Assembly: GCA_947442095.1 (NCBI GenBank)
Contig: CANEVG010000001.1
Span: 1-45,758, forward strand
Direction of reading: 5' to 3'
From: Sphingomonadaceae bacterium
GTDB taxonomy: Bacteria > Pseudomonadota > Alphaproteobacteria > Sphingomonadales > Sphingomonadaceae
Length of the DNA stretch: 45,758 nt
The position numbers and the translations under genes were made by a program. Under the pieces are notes generated by a model. The model was not told the origin of the DNA. It searched no databases and saw only the letters and a program-made list of their open reading frames with translations. Shown in pieces: positions 38,274 through 45,758 of this stretch. The stretch's first letter is position 1. The number at the start of each line of letters is the position of its first letter.

Positions 38274-41111
38274 TTAGGCCTTCTTCTTGCGCCGCAGTTC
38301 ACCGCGCACCGAAAGCGAAAGCGCATTGCTGATCAGCGCGGCCTGTTCCGCCGCATGCCGTTTCGCAAGGCCGGTCGCAGGCGATGCCGCCGCCAGCCGC
38401 CCGGCATAGCGCGCGCGCGCCACCTTGCTGCCGGCCGCCTTCAGCGAATCCTCGATCAGCGGCTCCACAAAGAACCAGCTGCCGTTGTTCTTTGGCTCTT
38501 CCTGGCACCAAACGACCTCTTCCAGATTGGTCATGCGCGAAAGGCGCAGCGCCAGCGGCTCGCCCGGGAAGGGATAGAGCTGCTCCAGCCGGATGATCTG
38601 CGTGTCGGTGATCCCCGCCGCATCGCGCGCCTCGATCAGGTCATAGGCGACCTTGCCGCTGCACAGCACCACGCGCCGCGTCTCGGCGTCTGCCGCAGGG
38701 CTCGTGTCGGACAGGATGCGCATGAAGTGCCCCGCGCCGACAAAGTCCGACGTCACCGATTTTGCCAGCGGATGGCGGAGCAGGCTCTTGGGGCTCATGA
38801 TGATCAGCGGCTTGCGGAACGAGCGCTGCATCTGCCGGCGCAGCACGTGAAAGTAGTTCGCCGGGGTGGTGATGTTGCAGACCTGGATATTGTCTTCCGC
38901 GCAAAGCTGGAGGAACCGCTCCAGTCGCGCGGAAGAATGTTCCGGACCCTGGCCTTCATAGCCATGCGGCAGCAGCATCACGAGGCCGTTGGCGCGCAGC
39001 CACTTTGCTTCGGAGGCCGCGATATACTGATCGATCACAATCTGCGCGCCGTTGGCGAAATCGCCGAACTGCGCTTCCCACAGCACCAGCGTCTTCGGGT
39101 CCGCGCTGGCATAGCCAAATTCGAAGCCCAGCACGCCGTATTCGCTCAGCGGGCTGTCATGCACCTCGAACTTGCCGTGGGGCAGCGCAGCGAGCGGCAC
39201 GAACTTGCGCTCGCTGGTCTGGTCGACCCACACCGCATGGCGCTGGCTGAAGGTGCCGCGCCCCGAATCCTGCCCGGAAAGCCGCACGTTGAAGCCTTCG
39301 GTGACGAGACTGCCGAACGCCAGCGCCTCGCCGGTCGCCCAGTCGAACCCTGTGCCTTCGGTAAACATCTGCCGCTTGGCCTCGATCACGCGGCCCAGCG
39401 TCTTGTGGATCGTCAGGTCCTGCGGCACCGTGGTCAGCGTGCGGCCCAGGCTGTCGAACAGCTTCTGGTCGATGCCCGTGGGCACATTGCGCCGGGCAGT
39501 TTCGGGGTCGGCCGGCTTGTTAAGCCCGCTCCAGCGCCCGCCAAACCAGTCTGCGTGGTTGGCCTTGTAGCTTTTTGCTGCTTCGAACTCGGTCTCCAGC
39601 GTGGCGACAAAGTGGTCCTCGGTCTCGCCCTTCCATACCCCGTCGATCACGTTCTGATCGACCAGCCGGCGCGCATAGATCTCCGAAATCGGCGGATGCT
39701 GCTTGATCCGGGCATACATCAGCGGCTGGGTGAAGCTGGGTTCGTCGCCCTCGTTGTGGCCGAAGCGGCGGTAGCACCACATGTCCACCACCACATCGCG
39801 GCCGAACTGCTGGCGGTAATCGATCGCCAGCTTGCACGCGAAGGTCACTGCTTCCGGATCATCGCCGTTCACGTGGATGATCGGCGCTTGCACGCCCTTT
39901 GCCACATCGCTGGGGTAGGGCGAGCCGCGCGAAAACTGCGGGCTTGTGGTGAAGCCGATCTGGTTGTTGATGATGAAGTGTAGGCACCCGCCGGTGTTGT
40001 AGCCCTTCACGCCCGAAAAGCCGAGGCATTCCCACACGATGCCTTGGCCCGCAAAGGCCGCATCGCCGTGAATCAGAATCGGCAGCACTTGCTTGTGCTT
40101 GCCTTTTCCGATGTCCTCGCGGAACGCCTGCTGCGCACGGGTCTTGCCCAGCACCACAGGGTCCACCGTTTCCAGATGGCTCGGGTTGGGCTGCAGGCTC
40201 ATGTGCACCTTGATCCCGTCGAACTCGCGGTCGGTTGAGGTGCCGAGATGATACTTCACGTCGCCCGAACCGCCCACGTCCTCGGGGTTCGCGGTCCCGC
40301 CGGAAAACTCGTGGAAGATCACGCGGTAAGGCTTGGCCAGCACGTTCGCCAGCACGTTCAAGCGGCCCCGGTGCGCCATGCCGTAGATGATCTCGCGCAC
40401 GCCCAGCTGGCCGCCATACTTGATCACCGCCTCCAGCGCCGGGATCATCGATTCCCCGCCATCAAGGCCAAAGCGCTTGGTGCCGACATACTTTTTGCCG
40501 AGGAACTTCTCGTACTGTTCGCCCCGGATGACAGCGGCGAGGATCGCCTTCTTGCCATTGGGGGTGAAGTCGATGGACTTGTCGCCACCCTCGATCCGGT
40601 CCTGCAGGAACTTGCGCTCCGCCACGTCGGCTATGTGCATGTATTCAAGGCCAACCTTGCCGCAATAGTTCCTCTGCAGCACGCTCACGATCTCGCGCGG
40701 GGTCGCCCACTGCATGCCGAGTACGCCGCCGATGAATACCTTCTTGTCAAGGTCTGGCCCGGTAAAGCCATGGTATTCCGGGGTAATATCCGCGGGCAGC
40801 TCCTGCCGCGCGAGGCCGAGCGGATCAAGGTCCGCCGCCAGATGCCCGCGCACGCGATAGGTGCGCACCAGCATCATCGCACGGATCGAAGCACCGGCGG
40901 CGGCTTCCAGCGCTGCCTCGTCTATCACGGTGCCCGCAGCCTTTGCGGCCTTTGCGATCTCGACCTTCAGCGCCATCGGATCGAGCGCCTGCGTCAGATC
41001 GTCGCCAAACGCGGGATCGGTTAGCGGCCAGCGGGGCGAGCTCCACGAAGGACCGGCTTGCGGACCCTCCTGCGCCGGATCCACATCGAACGCGTGCTCT
41101 TCATAACCCAT
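38274..41111 (-). CDS. sucA: 2-oxoglutarate dehydrogenase E1
   Basis: YRVRGH, KRFGLDGGE, GMAHRGRLN, HGDAAFAGQG, LPHGYEGQGPEHSS. Confidence 0.97.
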   Translation of the reverse strand: MGYEEHAFDVDPAQEGPQAGPSWSSPRWPLTDPAFGDDLTQALDPMALKVEIAKAAKAAGTVIDEAALEAAAGASIRAMMLVRTYRVRGHLAADLDPLGLARQELPADITPEYHGFTGPDLDKKVFIGGVLGMQWATPREIVSVLQRNYCGKVGLEYMHIADVAERKFLQDRIEGGDKSIDFTPNGKKAILAAVIRGEQYEKFLGKKYVGTKRFGLDGGESMIPALEAVIKYGGQLGVREIIYGMAHRGRLNVLANVLAKPYRVIFHEFSGGTANPEDVGGSGDVKYHLGTSTDREFDGIKVHMSLQPNPSHLETVDPVVLGKTRAQQAFREDIGKGKHKQVLPILIHGDAAFAGQGIVWECLGFSGVKGYNTGGCLHFIINNQIGFTTSPQFSRGSPYPSDVAKGVQAPIIHVNGDDPEAVTFACKLAIDYRQQFGRDVVVDMWCYRRFGHNEGDEPSFTQPLMYARIKQHPPISEIYARRLVDQNVIDGVWKGETEDHFVATLETEFEAAKSYKANHADWFGGRWSGLNKPADPETARRNVPTGIDQKLFDSLGRTLTTVPQDLTIHKTLGRVIEAKRQMFTEGTGFDWATGEALAFGSLVTEGFNVRLSGQDSGRGTFSQRHAVWVDQTSERKFVPLAALPHGKFEVHDSPLSEYGVLGFEFGYASADPKTLVLWEAQFGDFANGAQIVIDQYIAASEAKWLRANGLVMLLPHGYEGQGPEHSSARLERFLQLCAEDNIQVCNITTPANYFHVLRRQMQRSFRKPLIIMSPKSLLRHPLAKSVTSDFVGAGHFMRILSDTSPAADAETRRVVLCSGKVAYDLIEARDAAGITDTQIIRLEQLYPFPGEPLALRLSRMTNLEEVVWCQEEPKNNGSWFFVEPLIEDSLKAAGSKVARARYAGRLAAASPATGLAKRHAAEQAALISNALSLSVRGELRRKKKA

Positions 41112-41309
41112 CAGCCATCACTCCTCTTGCCCCGGGGAGGTTGGGGCTTCGGAAAAACACATACGGCGCGCATGTCGCCGCTAAACTTTCCTGCGGGTAG
41201 TTTGGTCCGCCCGAAATCGTTAGGTATCACGAGCCGCAGAAGCGCGGGCTTTAGCATCGGCAATGCAAAGGGAGCGCGCCCTTCGAGGCTCGTAAAATTG
41301 CTTAGGTTA

Positions 41310-41333
41310 ACGGGGCGCGAACCGGCGCCCCGT
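41310..41333 (-). terminator. Hairpin after mdh (possible terminator or processing stem)
   Basis: ACGGGGCGC-GAACCG-GCGCCCCGT, 9-bp stem about 11 nt after the mdh stop; weak U-tract. Confidence 0.45.
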
Positions 41334-41344
41334 GTCACCTTTTG

Positions 41345-42361
<1,017 letters not shown>

Positions 42362-42537
42362 TCAAAGCCCGCCGAAAAGGACCTCCCGCGTCCCGCATGA
42401 CGGGAAGGATTCCAAGCGGATGACCCGCGCCCTAAGCCCGCCGCCCGGCGATTGCAAGGCGCAAAACCCACTATGACAGGGTTTTTATGATAACAGTTTG
42501 CAATAGCATTAATTCGGATTTGTCCACAGGGCAGGGC

Positions 42538-42948
42538 TCAGCGTCCGCCCATCTGCCGCGCGGCAAAGCTGCGTGCCGCGGTTCTGGCCAAGGCCCCGTC
42601 GAACGTCGCGCAGACCTCCAGCCACCACGCCACGCCTTCCTGATCGCCCACATCGGCTGCGATCTCCGCCGCCTCGCAGGCGCGCAGCCCCGCCGAAAGC
42701 CCGTGCGCGGCAAACATCCGCAGCGCCGCTTCGAGCATGGCGTGGCCGTGCGAGGTGATATCGTCGTTCGCGCCTGCACAGGTCGCCCCATGGCCAGCCC
42801 GATGGCCAGCCCGATGGCCAGCCCGATGGCCAGCCCGATGGCCAGCATTGTCATTCGCGGGGCGGCACACCGGCAAGTCCCGCAGGCGGCTCCTGCCCCA
42901 CATCAGGCAAGGCGAAACAATCCCGTAGCGCGGGGCAAAGTGCAGCAT
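42538..42948 (-). CDS. Hypothetical protein with in-frame (AGHR)n tandem repeat
   Basis: PANDN motif and helical LEAALRMFAAHGLSA..WWLEVCATFD segment; start uncertain. Confidence 0.6.
   Translation of the reverse strand: MLHFAPRYGIVSPCLMWGRSRLRDLPVCRPANDNAGHRAGHRAGHRAGHRAGHGATCAGANDDITSHGHAMLEAALRMFAAHGLSAGLRACEAAEIAADVGDQEGVAWWLEVCATFDGALARTAARSFAARQMGGR
42790..42846. repeat. 12-bp VNTR (ATGGCCAGCCCG) x4.75
   Basis: Four perfect copies (42790-42837) plus a 9-nt partial copy. Confidence 0.95.
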
Positions 42949-43132
42949 CGGGGATCTCTCCTGAATGACAAGCGGCGGTGCCGCCCGATCGGTGAAGCAC
43001 GCTCTAGCACTGCACCATGAACGCCGGGTTGGGGCTTAGGGTAAAGCCGAAGCTAACCGTGCATAGGCGCAAACAAATATCGCAAAACAAGCGCTTTAGT
43101 TGCCGCTCGCCGGTTCAGTCACCGCCCGGCGG

Positions 43133-44437
43133 TCAGTTGCCGCCGGGCTGCGCGATCCACTTGCCCGCGTTCTCGTAGGCCGGGTTTACCGCCGATCCGC
43201 TGGGCAAGCCCCCACCGGCGCGGTACAGCGCATCGCCGCCCCGCGCTTCCACCGCCGGCGCAAACTTCACCCCGGCGCCTTGCGGTGCTGGCTTGCCTAC
43301 AGCCCCGTAACCCGGCGCCCCATAACCCGGAGCACTATAGTTTGGCAGGGGCACTTGCCCAAACGACGCGCTGGTTGCAGCGCTTGGCTCCGCCTGCGCC
43401 GCCTTCAGCGCCTCAAGCCGCCCGGCCTCGAACGCCTTTTCCAGCGTAATCGGATCGGCCACGTCGGCGGCCGCCGGATTCCAGGTGCGCGGATGTGGCG
43501 CTGCCACGGGTTCGCCGCCGCTATAGACCGAAAAAAACGCGGCAGGCCGCCCCGCCGCGCCGCTCCAGCGATAGAACCGGTGCGCGCCGATCGTGCCGAT
43601 GAACGCCAGGCTGTCGGCCCAGTAGGGATGCACCGCGTTGGTGTGATAATGCGTCGCCAGCCCCACAGGTGCATAGACCTGCCCCGCCAGCGCATCCGCC
43701 GCCACGCGCCGCGCCCGCTCCCAGAACACCGCCATCGGCCTCCGCGCCAGCGATCCGTCGCAGGCAAAGCTGAACTGGCACGATGGCCGCTCGGATCCCT
43801 GATAGACCACGCCGCACACCGTGTTCGGCCAGGCCGGATGCGCCACGCGGTTGAGCACGACCTGCGCCACCGCGCGCTGCCCGGCGTCCGGCTCGCTCGC
43901 CGCCTCGTAATAGATCGCCGTTGTCAGGCATTGCATCGCGCGCGCCCGGTCAAGGCTCGTCCCGCGCGCCGCTAGGGGCCGGGCGGCCGGTCCGCTTCCC
44001 GTTGCGGGGATGCTGTCATCGCGGTGAATCGCCGAGATTTGCGCATCCCATGCGCTGCGGGCGGCATGGGGCGCGAGCATCCCGGTGTCCTCGCTTGCCA
44101 CATAATAGAACGCCGATCCCGGAAAACTGTCGCCCGGACGTTCGAACGGTTGCAACCCCGATCGCGCCTGCGCAGTGCTCAGTCCGCCGGTCTCGCCGCT
44201 GCCCAGCCATAGCGCTAGCCCTGCAGCGAGTAGCGCTGCCATTCCGGCCCATCGCCAAGATCGCCCCTCCCGCTTGCGGGAAGGGCCGGGGGAGGGCTTG
44301 CTGGAAAATCCCACCGGCACCGGCTCGGGCACTGGCTCAAACACCTGCCCCACAATCATGCGCGGCGCTTCCACCGGCCGGGCGTTCATCGCCTCGGGCG
44401 GCAGTTTCACCGGCCGGTAGTCAATGATCAGCGGCAT
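43133..44437 (-). CDS. Cell wall hydrolase (SleB/Hydrolase_2 family)
   Basis: CLTTAIYYEA..GQRAVAQVVLNRV.HP.WPNTVCGVVYQG..CQFSFACDG, ATHYH, IGAHRFY; start uncertain (44437/44389). Confidence 0.9.
   Translation of the reverse strand: MPLIIDYRPVKLPPEAMNARPVEAPRMIVGQVFEPVPEPVPVGFSSKPSPGPSRKREGRSWRWAGMAALLAAGLALWLGSGETGGLSTAQARSGLQPFERPGDSFPGSAFYYVASEDTGMLAPHAARSAWDAQISAIHRDDSIPATGSGPAARPLAARGTSLDRARAMQCLTTAIYYEAASEPDAGQRAVAQVVLNRVAHPAWPNTVCGVVYQGSERPSCQFSFACDGSLARRPMAVFWERARRVAADALAGQVYAPVGLATHYHTNAVHPYWADSLAFIGTIGAHRFYRWSGAAGRPAAFFSVYSGGEPVAAPHPRTWNPAAADVADPITLEKAFEAGRLEALKAAQAEPSAATSASFGQVPLPNYSAPGYGAPGYGAVGKPAPQGAGVKFAPAVEARGGDALYRAGGGLPSGSAVNPAYENAGKWIAQPGGN
44264..44297. repeat. REP-like element, apparently within the hydrolase reading frame
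   Basis: CCCCTCCCGCTTGCGGGAAGGGCCGGGGGAGGGC; reads PSPGPSRKREG on the minus strand. Confidence 0.7.
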
Positions 44438-44572
44438 AGAACAAAGGGACTCGCAAGGATGCATGGCAGCGCTATGCCCTTTGCAACAGCCCCGCACGCC
44501 AGCATTTCTCCGCGTCCCGCTTAGGCACACCCACCTGCCATCCGGTTAACGCGGACCTCGTTCTTGCAAGTG

Positions 44573-44620
44573 CTTCCCCGGAAATGGGGTGGGGGACCGC
44601 CCGAGGAGTGGCGGAGGGGT
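44573..44620. repeat. REP-like element
   Basis: CTTCCCCGGAAATGGGGTGGGGGACCGCCCGAGGAGTGGCGGAGGGGT resembles the reverse complement of 36961-37007. Confidence 0.6.
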
Positions 44621-44656
44621 CTTGCCCCAAAGTGCAGGTCCCGCTACCACTCCTTG

Positions 44657-44843
44657 CGACGCCACCGGTGCCCGCGAGAGCGGGCTAAGAGGGAATCCGG
44701 ACAAATCTTCAATGATTTGGCCCCGGAGCTGCCCCCGCAACTGTGCCCGGTTAGCGCCCTGTCCACTATGCCACTGGGAAACCGGGAAGGCGGGCAGGGG
44801 GCAATGACCCGGGCGAGCCAGGAAACCTGCCGGTGTGTGGTCG
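44657..44843 (+). ncRNA. Cobalamin (B12) riboswitch
   Basis: CCGGTGCCC..GGGCTAAGAGGGAATCCGG..CCGGAGCTGCCCCCGCAACTGT..GCCACTGGGAAACCGGGAAGG..GAGCCAGGAAACCTGCCGG (B12 box) upstream of a TonB-dependent receptor. Confidence 0.93.
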
Positions 44844-44954
44844 TTCCGCGGCCGGGCGGGGTGTACCGGGCGTATGCGTGACAGTGCGTGCCCTATGGCC
44901 CCGCGCACTCTCCCGCCATGGACGGCAACGTCCATGGGCCGGGAGAAACTCTGT

Positions 44955-45758
44955 ATGAAAAATCTGTATCTTACCGCCGTGGCTTCGTGCGCTTTGGCTT
45001 CTTGCGTTCTTGCAACCCCTGTTTTCGCGCAGGAAAGAGATATCATTGTGCTCGATGATCGAACTGATCCCGATCAAATCACCGTTATTGCCACCGGCAA
45101 CCCCCAGCGCATCGACCAGACCGGCCAGCCCATCACCGTTCTAACCGCCGCCGATTTGGGCCGCCTGCAAGGCCCCGACATCACACGCGCGCTCGAACAG
45201 GTCCCCGGCCTTACGCTGAGCCGCAACGGCGGCCCCGGCGCGTTCACCGGCGTGCGCCTGCGCGGCGCAGACTCAGAGCAAGTCCTCGTTCTTATCGACG
45301 GCGTCCGCGTCGAAGACGTCGCCGCTCCCGGCGCGGGCTTCGATTTCGGCACGCTCACCAGCGGCGGCATCGAACGTATCGACGTGCTGCGCGGCTCGAA
45401 TTCGGTTACTTGGGGCAGCGCCGCATTGGGCGGCGTCATCGCCATTACGTCGAAGGAATTGAACGGCATCGAAGCCAGCGCCGAAGGTGGCAGCCGCGGC
45501 AGTTTCGCGGGCGATGCTACCGCTGGCCTCGCCAAAGACAGCCACGCCATATCGCTCACTGGCGGCTACATGACCACCGACGGGGTTAGCGCAGCTGCTG
45601 TGGGAAGTGAACCCGATGGCGGCCGCCAATGGCGCGTCGGCGGCAAGGCAAGGTTCGATTTGCTCCCTGGCCTGTCGCTTGTCGCCAATGCCCGCTACGC
45701 TCACACCCGCACCGAAATCGACGGCTTCCCTGCGCCTGCTTTCAGCTTCGCCGATACC
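44955..45758 (+). CDS. btuB: TonB-dependent receptor, probable vitamin B12 transporter (3' end beyond the window)
   Basis: GGGAGA RBS; MKNLYLTAVASCALASCVLATPVFAQ signal, ITVIATG TonB box, plug motifs LRGADSEQVLVLIDG and IERIDVLRGSNSVTWGSAALGGVI; B12 riboswitch upstream. Confidence 0.88.
   Translation, partial: MKNLYLTAVASCALASCVLATPVFAQERDIIVLDDRTDPDQITVIATGNPQRIDQTGQPITVLTAADLGRLQGPDITRALEQVPGLTLSRNGGPGAFTGVRLRGADSEQVLVLIDGVRVEDVAAPGAGFDFGTLTSGGIERIDVLRGSNSVTWGSAALGGVIAITSKELNGIEASAEGGSRGSFAGDATAGLAKDSHAISLTGGYMTTDGVSAAAVGSEPDGGRQWRVGGKARFDLLPGLSLVANARYAHTRTEIDGFPAPAFSFADT

Noticed and set aside
37473-39983. 836-aa plus-strand ORF and other long antisense ORFs (e.g. 30221-31825, 33341-34867, 11563-12642)
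   Set aside because: They lie antisense to well-identified genes, have no recognisable motifs, and are expected shadow ORFs in high-GC DNA.
41296-41310. CtrA-like TTAA half-sites (also near 43036-43058 and 44546)
   Set aside because: No full TTAA-N7-TTAA match; half-sites alone are not sufficient evidence.
42790-42846. Tandem repeats here, at 6116-6160 and at 19864-19908 considered as CRISPR
   Set aside because: Units are 12-15 bp, directly adjacent with no unique spacers, and no cas genes are present.

Overview
GC-rich alphaproteobacterial chromosomal DNA. Gene content and order point to a sphingomonad (Novosphingobium/Erythrobacteraceae-like); this assignment is inference. The window is mostly core genome: tRNA-Thr(TGT), rarA, PadR/DUF2218, a GT4 glycosyltransferase, a PQQ/heme-c dehydrogenase, typA, ybbP-ybbA-tesA flanked by two DUF805 paralogs, recF, a sigma54/PspF phage-shock operon, sufE, ybaN, crtZ, leuC-(vapBC, ompA)-leuD, a quinone oxidoreductase, a PAS-GGDEF-EAL-PilZ protein, mdh-sucA-sucB-lpdA, a SleB-type hydrolase, and a cobalamin riboswitch ahead of a btuB-like gene truncated by the window edge. 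The most notable observations are: (1) an expanded psp operon with an unannotated 57-aa first gene and four extra tandem PspB-like membrane/coiled-coil proteins; (2) a type II quinohemoprotein dehydrogenase with an altered metal site (WDYD, the lanthanide-type extra Asp, plus Glu->Asp), divergent from an uncharacterised TPR + CxxCH gene pair; (3) a 279-bp TA-flanked MITE with about 32-bp terminal inverted repeats at the crtZ stop codon; (4) att-like signals at the tRNA 3' end; (5) a dispersed REP-like palindrome family, one copy apparently in frame within a gene. No CRISPR array, rRNA, transposase or integrase was seen. No database searches were run; family calls come from motif recognition.
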